In this document: positions 25,972 to 39,665 of the stretch, piece after piece
Layout: every line of letters starts with the position of its first letter
How positions within the stretch are numbered: position 1 is the stretch's first letter
NCBI GenBank assembly: GCA_951406725.2
Contig: OX597817.1
Location: forward strand, 32,240,001-32,304,000
Source: Octopus vulgaris
Taxonomy: Eukaryota
DNA length: 64,000 nt
Direction of reading: 5' to 3'
Program-made: the position numbers and the translations under genes
The notes under the pieces: model-generated
The model's input: the letters and a program-made list of their open reading frames with translations, nothing else
Databases searched by the model: none
What the model was told of the DNA's origin: nothing

Positions 25972-26274
25972 TCTTTATATATAAAACTGTAGTTGTGTGT
26001 GTCTGTCTACTCCGATTTAGATTCCTAACTACTCCCACATTTTGCGGTGCAGTTTAACCAAAAGCGGGTATCTTATAGTCGTGATTCATATCGAGCCCTT
26101 CTGGGTATTAGCGCGCGTCTACGATGAGTCTACGATTAAAAAAAAAATTACCATAATTTTTCCCCATTTTTAATCCATTTTTCGCTAGGTTTTATATAAG
26201 GGAAGTAACTCTCTAAAAATGCTTATATAGTTATTTCCCTTACAAACCCGAGCAACGCCGGGCGATACTGCTAG
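25972..26274 (+). mobile_element. non-autonomous Helitron, complete (shorter variant)
   Basis: A|TC start, the same hairpin and CTAG|T end as 20299-20691, with about 90 bp less internal sequence. Confidence 0.9.
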
Positions 26275-26504
26275 TTATTACTATAATTAATACTAGTAGC
26301 TGTGAAGCGAATGACACAGATTAGTTTCATTCTCCAAATTTCTGAGTTCAAATGTCTCGAGTCAACTTTCAGTCTTGAATTATAATCCTTTCTTATTTTG
26401 CCGCCAAGCATTTTGCTCGGAGTGCAATCGTTTTTGTCAGCTCGCCGCCCAAGGTATGAATTATAATCGATTCAATGTGAATTTTCCAATATTGTAAGAA
26501 TTTA

Positions 26505-26616
26505 TCATCATCATCAGCGGTAGTAGTAGTAGTAGTAGTAGCAGCAGCAGCAGCAGCAGCAGCAGTAGCAGTAGTAGTAGTAGTAGTAGTAGTAGTAGCA
26601 GCAGCAGCAGCAGCCA

Positions 26617-26684
<68 letters not shown>

Positions 26685-26706
26685 TTAGCAGCAGCAGTAG
26701 TAGCAA

Positions 26707-26763
<57 letters not shown>

Positions 26764-26802
26764 CGGTGGCGGTGGTGGTGGTGGTGGTGGTGGTGGTGGC
26801 GG
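26505..26802. repeat. compound trinucleotide repeat (TAG)n/(CAG)n/(GGT)n
   Basis: Read directly from the sequence. It generates the poly-L, poly-A, poly-T and poly-P ORFs. Confidence 0.95.
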
Positions 26803-27099
26803 ATCACAAAATCGGTAGAGAGACATTTTAGTTACATTTCTCTTTACATTCTGAGGGTTGAAATCAACACGGAAGCCGGATTCGCTTTCGTTAATCCAAG
26901 TTCAAATAAAATATAAGGCAATACTGCAGTCGATTTGAACGACGTCTATACGTTCTCTCAAAGTTGTAGCTTAGTTATATCGGTATGCTTTCATTGTGCA
27001 ACCAAATCTACCCCCATGCTTTCTCGGATACAAAAAAAGCATAGGAATAGATTTTGTATTGTGGTTTATTTTTGTTGTATTGTTTTTTCTTCTTTTCAT

Positions 27100-27790
27100 T
27101 GGGTATAATGTCTATGTAATATTTGCAGTGTCTAGCAGTGCTATTTTCTTTGTGCTATGTAAGTCCGGTGCATTATAATTCGTCTACTTCATTTTTTTTA
27201 TCGGTCCCAAGACACCTATTAATATTACTAATATTTCTGTTTTCAATCATCACATTATGGTTATCTCTATTTCCAGATCTTTATAATTGGATAAAGTCTC
27301 CATTGCTTTCACAGATACAATGTCGTCTGTGGAATTGATATCTCGATCGGGAGGACACTTTTTTCTGAATGTATTTGACTATGATATCTGGGGCATTTCT
27401 CTTTATCGCTCTGTCAATCAGAATCGTCTTACCTCAGGGCATTGTCACTTCGTCATTCTCAGATAACTTTTTGCAGGGAGTGTTTGTTTTATCAGATTTC
27501 TGTGTATGTTCCAAAATACTGACATAACTTCTAACTCTGTCTCTTCATGTCGTTTTACGTCACGTTTTAGCAAAGACTCGATATTCAGAAGCAACGTGAT
27601 CGATTGTTTTCTTCACAGCCTGCACAAAATATACAATTATATTTTGTACTCTGAGTAGTTCCTAATCAGAATACTTTGGTTTTGCACAGTAATTAAATGA
27701 ATACTTCTCCGTTTTAGCTTTGAAATCCTTGATTTTTGAGCCAGTGCTGAGTCTTTTCTTTATCCACTTCCGTTTCACTCAGTTCTGTTC
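27100..27790 (-). mobile_element. second R4/Dong-type RLE LINE 3' fragment, highly degenerate
   Basis: Minus strand KTQHWLKN...IDHVAS...KTILIDRAIKRNAPDIIVK...ETLSNYKDLEIEIT...VILIGVLGPIKK...KKIALLDTA, parallel to the element at 1-660. Confidence 0.75.
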
Positions 27791-28439
27791 GTTTATTAAG
27801 CATGTAAAAGCTTTTCTTAGCTAAGAATTCTTACAGACTCTAGCAGAGTAATTAGAACGTCGGAAAAATACTTTGTAGTATTTCTTCCAGCTCTTTACCT
27901 TCTGGGTTCAAATCCCACTGAGATCAACTTTGCCTTTTATCCTCTGACTGAGGTCGATAGAATAAAGTACCGGTCAAATACTGAGATCGATGATATCGAC
28001 TACCCCCTTAACCTCAAAACCACTGGCCTTGTGCCTAAATAAGAAAGAATTATTATTGCTCTTGTTTCCGGCTCTTCACATTCCGAGTTCAAATCCCGCC
28101 GAGCTCAACTTTGCCCTTCATCCCTCTGGGGTCAATAAAACAAAGTGTCAGTCAAGTACTGGGGTCAATGGCATCGATTAACCTTTTCTCCTCAAATATG
28201 TTGGTTTTATTCCTAAATAATAAAAACGTTGTTGTTGTCTAAGGTTTGAGGAATTCATCGGCTGTTGCTTTCTTGAGGTTAGAATTGTGTACATAATGGA
28301 GGAAATGCATGAAAGTATTCAAGATTATCAAGAATGTTAAATGGAAAAACAACATACAATTCTCGCAGGTAAGAATGAAGTTTCAAAAATGGTTGCAAAT
28401 TTTTGGAGGATTGCATTGGTCCAATGTTAGAACGTTTGT

Positions 28440-29036
28440 TAAGTTTTCGGAGAGTTTTTTCATCGTTCTTGACACAATCAAGGAGATTTTGTGCAACTGA
28501 AACCGAATGCCTTTTTGGTCAGCTGAAAACAGTTTTGACACAAACGTGGTAGACACGCGTCTCATACACAAATCTTCAGTGATAATGGACTGAACTGAAC
28601 CGTAACTAATCTGCACATCATCTAATAACTCACGGATGGTGATTCGTCGATTTCTACTCACAGCTACATGCACATCTGCGATGTTTCTCTCAGTTCTGCT
28701 GGTCACGGGTCCCGCTGAACGTTCGTCAATATCAGCATTTTTTCAGCCGCCTTGGAAACGTCTGAACCGCTCGTACACTTGTGTGCGGCTCATATACTTT
28801 CTGCAACTTTGCGTAGGCCTCTGAGCAGGTATCACCATGACAACTTTCTCTGCCATGGCCAATGCAATGATCACACGCTACACACCTTCCTTCCAAGCAC
28901 TGCTGTAAACAGCGGAAGTGGGCTAGTACACAGCAGAGTGCGCATACACAGCAGAGTTCAAGGTCTATCTTTGCCTAGCGGCTTCACTTTGCGTGACCAT
29001 GGCAACAGTCCGGACATTTATTGATCAGACCTCGTA
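28440..29036 (-). mobile_element. mariner 5' half
   Basis: TIR TACGAGGTCTGATCAATAAATGTCCGGAC. The ORF reads RTERNIADV...NRRITIREL...ISYGSVQSIITEDLCMRRVS. A rearranged relative lies at about 62920-63060. Confidence 0.85.
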
Positions 29037-29129
29037 TACATAGATGTATGTACGTACATATAAATATATATATTTGTGTATATAGATGTATATGTATGTA
29101 TGCATGTATATGTATATATGTATGTGTGA

Positions 29130-29165
<36 letters not shown>

Positions 29166-29168
29166 ATA

Positions 29169-30424
29169 CAGGGATTGAACAAAATAAAGGAAACACCTTA
29201 AAATTTCAAACAAATTTCTTTTAATATGGGATAGGACTTGTTTTGGCAGTAATTACATAGATTTGAATTCTACTCGCACAAAGTTTGAATTGTTTCCAAA
29301 GGAATTTTTCTCCATTCTTCAGCTAAAACAGTTTCAAGTTCTTCTAGTGATGATGGTGGAGGATATCGACTCCTTACCTGTTTTGCTAAAATTCACCATA
29401 AATGTTCAATAATATTGAGATCTGGGGACTGTTGGGGCCAGATAAGATGTTCAACTTAACTAAAATTCAGTAACAACTTTAACTGTGTAAATTGGTGCAT
29501 TATCATCCTGGAAGATTGCGTTTCCCTCCGGAAACAGTTCTGCAACCATAGGATGAATTTGATCAGATAAAATGTTTAAATAGTCTTGACTATTAATTCT
29601 GCCATGAAAGGAAACCATTGAGCCGGCGGATTTCCAAGATATAGCCTCACCCCCCGATCATCATAGATCCTCCTCCATGTTTAACAGTTGGAAGGAAGCA
29701 GTTTGAGTCAAATGCGTCTTTTGACTGTCTCCATTCGTATACTTGGCCAGTAGTCGGAAATAAGGTAAAGGATTACTCGTTCGAGAAAATAACATTCTTC
29801 CACTGCTCTAGGGACCAATTCTGTAGTTTTTTTATTCCACTCTAAACGCTTTGCAACGTTTGTTTTTGAAAGTAGTGGTTTTCTGATTGCAGCCCTTCCG
29901 TGAAATCCGGCTTTGTGCGGCTCCTAGCGAACAGTTTTTGTGGAAACTGGATTCCCGAGGTGGTCATTAATATCTGCAGTAATTCTGGGAGCTGTACTTT
30001 TGTGATCCTTTCTAACAATTCGCGTAAGAGTCCTACGGTCCATATCTGAAAGTTTTGGCTTTCTTCCGCAGTTTTGTTCCGACGAGGAGGGTTTTTTTTC
30101 CCTCTTTCTCGAAGGCTGTCATTACTTTCGAGACTACTTCTTGATACACTAAACATTTCGGCTGTTTTCGTTACGCTAGCGCCTGCCATACGAGCACCAA
30201 CAATTTGACCTCTTTGAAAGTCCGATAGCTCTGTCATTATAATGAATTTTAATTACCTTTTTCTGATGATATCTGAAAAGAAACAGCAATTTTAGCAAAA
30301 CATATTAAGCAACACTAAAAATAAATAAAAAAACAAAAATAAACAAGCTTTTGACGGTTTTATAGATATTTCAAAATTATGATGCTATGATGCTAGGTGT
30401 TTCCATTATTTGGTCCAACTCCTG
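29169..30424 (-). mobile_element. Tc1-family (DD34E) transposon, full length, degenerate
   Basis: TIRs of about 30 bp, CAGGGATTGAACAAAATAAAGGAAACACCT and AGGTGTTTCCATTATTTGGTCCAACTCCTG, with TA TSDs. Protein motifs MTELSDFQRGQIVGARMAGASV, FQDDNAP and WPQQSPDLNIIEHLW. Confidence 0.93.
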
Positions 30425-30581
30425 TATGTATGTATTTATGCATGTATACACACGCGCGCACACACACACGCATTTGTGTGTGTGTGTGTGTGTGTATAGA
30501 CAGAGAGAGAGAGAGAGAGAGAATTAAACTATTGACGTTCACACTTACAAACATAAACTATTTGTGTGTTTGTATCTATAC

Positions 30582-30671
<90 letters not shown>

Positions 30672-31285
30672 GTATGTATATATGTATGTATGTATATATG
30701 TATGTATGCATGTATGTATGTATGTATGTATGTATGTATGTTTGTATGTATGTATGTATGTATGTATGTATTATGTATGTATAGTGAAATGAGATGTGTA
30801 CATACAGAGGTCTTATTTTTTTCATCTTCCCATTTTTATTTCATTTTTGCTTCCATTCGGACCACCACCATCCTCTACCCTACCCTTATATACAACACAT
30901 TTATATTTTGTTGACGTCAACATCTGGAAAGGTCTAACTTCTCACTGACTTAATGTTTGACTGTCTGCCTATCAAAGACTACGCAAAACTCACTTCCAGT
31001 CAAGCAAGCTACCGTTAGATTCTATGCATTTCCGTATTTCTTTTTTTCTTAATGGCGGCTCAATAGCTGTTAATGCGAGACGAGTTAGCAATTTTTTCAG
31101 ATGTTCGGCGAAGCATCTTCACGCTTTATTGTGTCAGAACATTAAAAAGAAATGGCACAGATGGTTATATATGAAGTCTTCCACTGTTACAGTAATTAGA
31201 AATCAAGAAACACTGTAAAATTTGAAATTCCATTCAGAATATGTTCAGCCAGGGTAGTTTTAGCTCACATTAGTGTGTAATATGC

Positions 31286-31372
<87 letters not shown>

Positions 31373-31579
31373 CATACATACATACATACATACGTACGTA
31401 CATACATACATACATACATACATACATACATACATACATACATACATACATACATACATACATACATAGACAGAGCTATCCATATATTTCTTTGTGTTCG
31501 TATATATAAAGTATTTGAGGACACTTAATAATTAATATATTACTCTCTTCAAACCAATTAAAAGTATCACCTGTTTTTG

Positions 31580-31671
<92 letters not shown>

Positions 31672-31699
31672 TTCTTTATTTATTTTTTTTTCAGATAAA

Positions 31700-32270
31700 T
31701 TGTTAACAGAAGAATGCAGAGTTGTGCAGTTTTATGTGCGGAAAATAGCAATTTAGAAATTACCAACTTTCTAAGTGATGCAAAATGTCTTGTACACAAA
31801 GTTCGCATGGAACTGAAAACCTCTTATGCGTATGTTTCAACTGAATCAATAAGAAAATATTCTAAACATTCGGACACAATAAGGACACTCCAATTCATCC
31901 AAAGGCTTCAGAACATTATCGATGACGGTCTCAGGGAATCAATGAAAATCATCGCCGAAGAACTTCTGGTGTAGAAAGTAGACTATTAGAACTATGGTGC
32001 ACGACGACATTCGATGTAAAGTGTATGTACTGAGGACAAGCCGATCCATGATCGCAAAGATATAGAAAAACCATCTGCTCTGTGCCAAGCGGTTACTTAA
32101 CAAAGCTAAAATCCCTCACGAACATATCAAACTTTGATTCTTCTCTCGTGAAAAATATTTCGAACGAGACCAAAAGTCTAACAAGAGAAATGACAGATGG
32201 TTCTGATGTCACCATAGTGACGTACACTAAGTTTCCAGAAACTTCAATAGTTTTAGGAGTGATGAGTGGC
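31700..32270 (+). mobile_element. Tc1/mariner-superfamily (maT-like) transposase fragment
   Basis: IIDDGLRESMKIIAEELLV...TMVHDDIRCKVY...RLLNK...FFSREKYF...NKRNDRW...TKFPETSIVLGV across frameshifts. Confidence 0.6.
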
Positions 32271-32272
32271 CA

Positions 32273-33120
32273 TGTGTCAGATAGACTTAGGAAGAGTCTT
32301 ATTGTCTTCTTCCAAAGAATGGGCTTACGGATAACGATAGAAACTAACCTAAATAATGTTGATAAATAAAACTATATCATATTAACAAAGGGTCAAATCA
32401 TCCACCTGCAATACTTAAGAATCTAATTTGTAATATAGGAAGGCGCATATCATCCATATCTTCAAAATGCTGCTCCGTATTATAGTGCATGAAGGAACAG
32501 TGGATTCTCGTAGAAGATCCAGTATAGTCAAACCACTACTAACAATAATAGAACACGTAGAACTAGTTTTTGGTTTAATCCAACATTTAACATTGCCGTC
32601 AAAACTAATATAGGTAGAGAATTCTTGAAACTAGTTTCCAAACATTTTCAAGGAAACTATAAGTTCTATAGAATTTTTAATAGGAGAAGGTTGAAGGTTA
32701 GCTATTCTTGTTGCAAGAGCTTCGCCTCTTTGATTAACCAGGACAGCACGAAAACCATTAGAGCAACCACAGTGCCAGAAATAACCAGAAAAGTTGTAAT
32801 TGTAAAGATCAAAGTTGTTGTCCGTTAGGAGGAAATTGTCTTGAGAAAGAAATAGTCTGTAAAGCTAAGGTACATATAGATGGCTCACAAGAATACAAAA
32901 CATATAGAGGAGCATCGGAAAGTTCCTTTAAGACTAGATTATATTTCCACCGAAATTTATTTCGATACCCCGAAAATAGGACAGCAACAAGTCTCGTTAA
33001 ACATATCTGGCAATTGAAAGAAAATGATACCCGTCCTTTCAAAATCATCTGGACAATCTTGGAGAAAGCAGCGCCATATAAGCATGGAACATATAAACGC
33101 CCAAGGAGATGCAATTTGCG
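32273..33120 (+). mobile_element. Penelope-like retroelement: RT C-terminus plus GIY-YIG endonuclease, degenerate
   Basis: GLRITIETNL...SNHPPAILKN...WFNPTFNIAVKTNIGREFLKLVSKHF...LKVSYSC...CNCKDQSCCPLGGNCL...FKTRLYFH...TSLVKHIWQLKEND...WTILEKAAPY. Confidence 0.88.
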
Positions 33121-33410
33121 TTTTAAAGTTTAATGTGTTTTAAAGATAGCGAATACCAGAATAGATTTGTTTTATTCTATTTTTATTATAATTTTTTTAA
33201 TGTTATTTTTTTTATCATTTACTTAATTACTTTCATTGCATTTATTTATCATCATCATTGTCATCGCTGGTAAGGCGATGGTGCTGGCAGAGCTTTAGCA
33301 AGCTGGGCAAAATATTTGGCGATTTTTCGCCAGGTGTTAAATTTCACTATGGTCAAAATTTTACTCATTTTAAATTTATATTTTCAAATTTATATTACAC
33401 TAAATTATGT

Positions 33411-33660
33411 GGAGGCGCGTGGTTTAGTGGTTAAGGTGTCAGCACCATGATCGTAAGATTGTGGTTTCGATTCCTAGACCGGGCAATACGTTGTGTTCTT
33501 GACCAAAACACTTCCTTTCACGTTCCTCCAGTCGACTCAGCTGGCAAAAATGAATAACGCTGCGATGGACTGGCGTCCTGTCCAGCTGGGGAACACATAC
33601 GCCATAGAAACCGGGAAACCGAGCCCATGAGCCTGGCTAGGCTTTAAAAGGGCGCATTTA
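33411..33660 (+). mobile_element. tRNA SINE (family C head) with V-domain-like tail and 16-bp TSD
   Basis: A and B boxes, the family C body, then GCGATGGACTGGCGTCCTGTCCAG. Flanking repeat TATTACACTAAATTAT at 33393-33408 and 33670-33685. Confidence 0.8.
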
Positions 33661-33828
33661 TTATTTTATTATTACACTAAATTATATTACATTAATTTAT
33701 TGCAGCATTTTTATTTTAATATTCAATACACCAAATAGTTATAAATGTATTCGCATGCGTGTATACGTTATGGTGTATATTTATGTTTATATGTATGTAG
33801 ATATAGTTATCAGTAACAATGAAGGGTG

Positions 33829-33864
<36 letters not shown>

Positions 33865-34264
33865 TATATGTTTATTTGTATATTTGTATGCGTGTATACA
33901 TGGGTGTTACTTTCGTATATATGCATGTATTTATGTCTATTTATATGTGTGTATATTTATTTGTGTGCGTTTACAGGCTAAACTATTATACATAAGAGTT
34001 TTAATGTATCTTTTCTTTTTGTTAGATACTTTAGGAACACTATTTTCAAATCATTTTCTCTCTTTCTATTTTTCTTTTTCTATTTCTCTCTCTCCCTCTC
34101 TCACCCCACCCCTCTCTCTCTCTCTCTCTCTCTCTCTTTTCCTCCTATCACTTCTTTTCCTTCCTCCCACACTTCTTATTCTGATTCTTTTTATAACTAA
34201 TAACAACAAAGTTGTACATTCAGAACGTACATAAGGAGACGTATGTTGTATGTATATCTATCTA

Positions 34265-34339
<75 letters not shown>

Positions 34340-34342
<3 letters not shown>

Positions 34343-34450
34343 CCTGTTCGCTTAGCCTGCGGAGTGGCGTCATTCGAAGGCTAAAACAATGCGAACGCAT
34401 TGTGACCAGCGATGTGTAACAACATCTGATGGTCTGGTCGGTCACGTGAT

Positions 34451-34458
<8 letters not shown>
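34340..34458 (+). mobile_element. retroposon 3' tail inserted in (TA)n, ending in (CACGTGAT)2
   Basis: A unique island of about 118 bp between two (TA)n tracts with a short tandem terminal repeat. Confidence 0.5.
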
Positions 34459-34547
<89 letters not shown>

Positions 34548-36134
34548 GAGAGATACACTCATATATTTATGTCTGTATGTGTGTAGATACCTATATATAC
34601 ATTAGTATATATATATTCACATTTATATTTTGCCTGTATATGTTTGTATATATACATATGTATGTAATGCATGCATCAACGTTTGTATGTTTAGTGTACA
34701 TATGTATGTATATGCTTTTAGTGTGTGTATGTATAAACAAATGTGCGTATACGTTTGTATGTGAATAACGTGTGTTATAACGTATTGTTATGCTGTTAGA
34801 TTTCTCTAAATGAATATTTTATAAACAGACTAACATTTATTTTAATTAAATTTGTTTCATCATTAATCAATTTACTCTGAGTATACATGTTTTTAACTTC
34901 CGACTAAAAGTTATTTTTTGATTTAAGGTTTTCTTCGATGTCTTCATAACCTTTTTTATGTATACACCATTTCTTTTTAAAAAACCATTAGTTGAAAGGA
35001 CCAATTTCAAATATGTATCTGTCAATGTCAATTGTATATTCATATATATAACCATAATTTTTGTGCCATTCTCAATTAAAACTGTCTGATGAACAGGAAC
35101 GTAAAAGTAACAGTTTTTTTGTGATATTTTTGTGATGTTTTGCAGCTTTAATAATAAAGCTTTTTACTCTGCCTCCGGTATTCGAGTACTATTTTTTCTC
35201 ACCTTGTTTTACATTTATGTGTTTACTCTGGTGTGTGTGTATATATATATGTATATACAGAGGGGGACACCGTTAATCGAAAAGTTAACTTCGTTAATCG
35301 TTAATCCGTTAATTCTTTGAAAATGTAACTGAAATAAACCTTAATCTGTAAACGTTAACTTTTATTGGAAAAAACATAGCTGCTGTTTAATACTCCATCG
35401 ACTTTGTTGCCTCCTAACTTCCAGAAAAATGGATACTTTTTAACGAAACTTTCACTAAATAATCTCTTATATCTTGTAGGTTGAGTGTATGTAAAGACTT
35501 GTTGGAAGACAATTTTCTGGGGGGTTGGGGGAGAGGAGTTTCAGAAAATTGACAGGCACTCAACATTTTCTCCCTCATAACTTGCTGGAAAATAGGTATT
35601 TTTTAATGAAATTTCATACAAATACCTTTCAAGCGGTGTAAATTACGATTACAAAGAAATTTGTAGGCAAAAGTTTTGGAGGGGGTGGAAAACTGGAAAA
35701 CTGAGTTTCGGGTCAGACGGCCCACATAAGTCGGAATTTCTCCGTTTTGACGGGATTTTTTCCAGTGTTTTTCACCGAAGTCTTCAGAATGATGGGAGGG
35801 CATCTTTTCACGGAAAAAAGATTAAAATTGAAAAAAAAAAAATTTTCACTCCCGCTATCACCTCACCACCCCAGTCCGAAACGATTTTGGCCATTTTTGT
35901 TTTTCCACTACACACTTAAAACCCGTGAGAGAAACATTTTCGGTTTAAAAAAGAAATTGTCAATAATTACAGAGAAAAATGTATGATTTAAGGGAGATCT
36001 GGCTATTGTTTCTAGTACATTCCAAAACCTCCCTCCTCGTTTCTTTCTCACTGACACATCTATTGATATTTTTCAATATTTTTCTCCCCATAAACAAATT
36101 TTATGTAATGATGATGCCAAAGTAACACACGTGT

Positions 36135-36425
36135 GAATCCAGGTTAAAAAACGTCACAGGTAAAAAAAAAACAGTCAGAAAAAAGTCACGGAAAAAAGTC
36201 ACAGGAAAAAAGTCACAAGGGTTTTTGTCCGAGGAGGTTTTGTCCGAGGAGGTTTTGTCTGAGGGGGTTTTGGTCCTAGCAGGGTTTCGTCCGGATCCCA
36301 TAAATTGTGACTTTTTTCCCTGTGATTTTATTACAGCCCCCCCCCCATTAATTAATTGTGACTTTTTTTTCCTGTAACTTTATTACCGGCCACCATAAAT
36401 TAATTGTGACTTTATTACCGGTCAC
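36135..36425. mobile_element. Mutator-like foldback MITE with perfect 9-bp TSD
   Basis: TSD CACACGTGT at 36126-36134 and 36426-36434. Arms are built of AAAAAGTCAC and GTGACTTTTT units around central GGTTTTGTCC repeats. Confidence 0.85.
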
Positions 36426-36680
36426 CACACGTGTCGTCCCAACCTAGCGAGGCCGTGTTATGTGTGTGTATAAGGAAAAAAACACATAAAAACATCTTTA
36501 GTGTTCCTATTAATCTGTCAAGTGTAATGCTTATTCTAGTTATTTTGAATTATTCAGGTTCAAGAGAAGTGTCCACAATATTTGCTTGTAACTGTAAATT
36601 TTTTACATAAAAATTTTAAACCGACAAAAATTTTGCCACTTTTCAAGATGAGGTACATTAATTTGAATTAATTAAAATAC

Positions 36681-36926
36681 GAATCCAGGTAAAAAAAATA
36701 AATGGTCATAGGTTTAAAAATGTCACGGTAATGAAGTCACAGGAAAAAAGTCACAGGGGTTTTTGTCCGGTGGGGTGATCTGAGGGTTTCCGATGGGGTT
36801 TTGTCCTAGGGGGTGGGGTTTGTCCGGATCCATAAATTAATTGTGACTTTTTTCCTGTGACTTCTTCCTAGCCAAAATTGTGACTTTACTACCGTGACTT
36901 TTTCCTGAGACTTTATTACCTGTCAC
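36681..36926. mobile_element. second Mutator-like foldback MITE
   Basis: Same GAATCCAGGT...GTCAC termini. TSD TTAAAATAC and CTAAAATAC match at 8 of 9 positions. Confidence 0.82.
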
Positions 36927-37956
36927 CTAAAATACAGGTATAATCGGTTCAAGATATTATTCTTTCGGTAAATATTTCGTACTTCGGTGTGGAATAATTT
37001 TTTTCCACGGTTTTTTTTTTCGGGTGCATTCAACGTATCTGACCGCCAAACCCACCACAAGCCACTTTTTTCCAGAAAAGAAAGGTCGGTGGGGTGATTG
37101 GGACCTCTAAGTTTCCCACTAAAGGAGCTTTGTTTTACGGGTCTTTTTTTCTCTTCCAGGTTATTTTGCATGCTTTCAACGAATGTGACATCGAAATCAC
37201 GCATAAATGGCTCCTATTTCCAGAAAAGGGAAGATTTGGTTGCTATTTCTAGCATGTCCTGCTACCACTTAACAGCTATTTGCGTTCACACCGAAATATT
37301 TACCGACTATTTTCCTTCCATTAATTTTCTCCACTTTATGGAAGTCAATATTTTTTTCTGTCGACATCCATCTCAGTTAATTTTGCTTTTCTTCCAGTTC
37401 TGTGCTTTCTGAAAGAAAAGCCCTCACATTATTTCAAAGCTACGAGAATTCACTAACGTGATTTGTTTATTTTCTTTTTTAAGATTAGATACAACGGGTT
37501 CTGGCCGGTTTAAACACTAAAGGGTTAAAAAGTACCAAAACTATAAAATCAACCCTTTTGGCCTTTTGGGGGGCTTTAGAACCCAAAAATTTATTTTTTC
37601 ATTTTTTTTTTTTTTGCTTAGAGTTTAAAAAATGCTGATTTTATAGTTTTAAATTTCAAAGTTTGTTGCGTTTCTTGTTAAAAGAACTGGCTATTTAGTC
37701 TTTCGATTGGTAGAGAACGAGGAAATAATAACGGATTGATTGATGTGATCGATTAAGCTTTTACAGGTGGTGAATCAACATATTGCAGTCCAATGATCGA
37801 AGCCAGTAAACGAATGTAAAAACAAAAACATATCTGAATGCTTATACGGAAACGCATGAATTCACGGATTACCAACGTTTTTAAATGGCACGCTTGAAAA
37901 AAATTGCAAGTTTTTTCGCATGCAGCCAATGGTAGCATTGTTAATCCACAAATAAA

Positions 37957-37998
<42 letters not shown>

Positions 37999-38011
37999 TA
38001 TATATGTGTAT

Positions 38012-39600
38012 CTCTCACGCGACTCTGCATCTTTCTTTCTTTCTCTCCCATTCCCTTTCTCGTCTTTTTTCCCTCACTTAACTTGTCTCTTCCTCTCTCT
38101 CTCCCCCTACTGTTCTTCATGGTCTCCTCGCACCATTCCCCTTCTTCTCTCTCTTCCTCTTGCTCCTTCTCCCCCATTCCCGTCGTCCATCTGCGACGAA
38201 CTTCCGTCGTAACTGCTATCCCGTCTTTTCTCACCTGCCTTCTAAGGCCACTGGTCGACATCTTCCTCTCTCGTCGTCCACTATAATCCAGCGTTTGCAA
38301 TACTTTTTTCGTCTGGCGTTAACAGCCCTTCTTATCTTGTTCTCCTTGTCCTGTCTCTCACTGTTATATATTTATTTTTCCACTGTTTATATATATATTT
38401 TTTACTGTTTATATGTTTGTACTGTCGTTACCGTCTTGCTTTTTTTACCCCTCTGCGACAAGATCTCAGAATTTTAATTGATTTGCTTTTCGCAGGAAGG
38501 AATTTTTCATTCGAAGTATACGTCTCGCTTTTATCCTTTGAAACGTTTAGTAGATGAAACTTTAGCGACTGAAGAAGGGGATTTTTCGTTGTGCTTATTG
38601 TCCTGTATCTCCTTTTTTTGCTTGTCTTGTTCCTTGGTTTGTGTCTATGTTTTTCGTCTCTCTATGTGTTCGACGTCCTTTTGGTGTCCTGTACACATAT
38701 ATGCGTGTATATGTACATGTAGAGGTAGGTACGTACATATATGTTTATATATATGCATATATTTTATTAACATATTATACGACTAAACGCACGCACCCTA
38801 TTAAGTAAGATTGTTCTGTTTATCAAGTTCGCCTTGATATTAACTCTCACGCGACTCTGCATCTTTCTTTCTTTCTCTCCCATTCCCTTTCTCGTCTTTT
38901 TTCCCTCACTTAACTTGTCTCTTCCTCTCTCTCTCCCCCTACTGTTCTTCATGGTCTCCTCGCACCATTCCCCTTCTTCTCTCTCTTCCTCTTGCTCCTT
39001 CTCCCCCATTCCCGTCGTCCATCTGCGACGAACTTCCGTCGTAACTGCTATCCCGTCTTTTCTCACCTGCCTTCTAAGGCCACTGGTCGACATCTTCCTC
39101 TCTCGTCGTCCACTATAATCCAGCGTTTGCAATACTTTTTTCGTCTGGCGTTAACAGCCCTTCTTATCTTGTTCTCCTTGTCCTGTCTCTCACTGTTATA
39201 TATTTATTTTTCCACTGTTTATATATATATTTTTTACTGTTTATATGTTTGTACTGTCGTTACCGTCTTGCTTTTTTTACCCCTCTGCGACAAGATCTCA
39301 GAATTTTAATTGATTTGCTTTTCGCAGGAAGGAATTTTTCATTCGAAGTATACGTCTCGCTTTTATCCTTTGAAACGTTTAGTAGATGAAACTTTAGCGA
39401 CTGAAGAAGGGGATTTTTCGTTGTGCTTATTGTCCTGTATCTCCTTTTTTTGCTTGTCTTGTTCCTTGGTTTGTGTCTATGTTTTTCGTCTCTCTATGTG
39501 TTCGACGTCCTTTTGGTGTCCTGTACACATATATGCGTGTATATGTACATGTAGAGGTAGGTACGTACATATATGTTTATATATATGCATATATTTTATT

Positions 39601-39607
<7 letters not shown>
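38012..39607 (+). repeat. partial tandem duplication (period 832 bp) of a Penelope-like 3' region inside (TA)n
   Basis: 38012-38775 equals 38844-39607 (ORFs 38160 and 38992 are identical), with a 68-bp unique linker. Confidence 0.92.

Positions 39608-39665
<58 letters not shown>

Noticed and set aside
26393-26826. Poly-Leu, poly-Pro, poly-Ala and poly-Thr ORFs (also poly-His/Leu at 14981-15280)
   Set aside because: They are pure trinucleotide repeats flanked by SINE fragments.
35258-37775. Possible 2.5-kb DNA transposon with TTAATCCGTTA-type subterminal inverted repeats
   Set aside because: The right end is too degenerate, and no TSD or transposase could be identified by eye.
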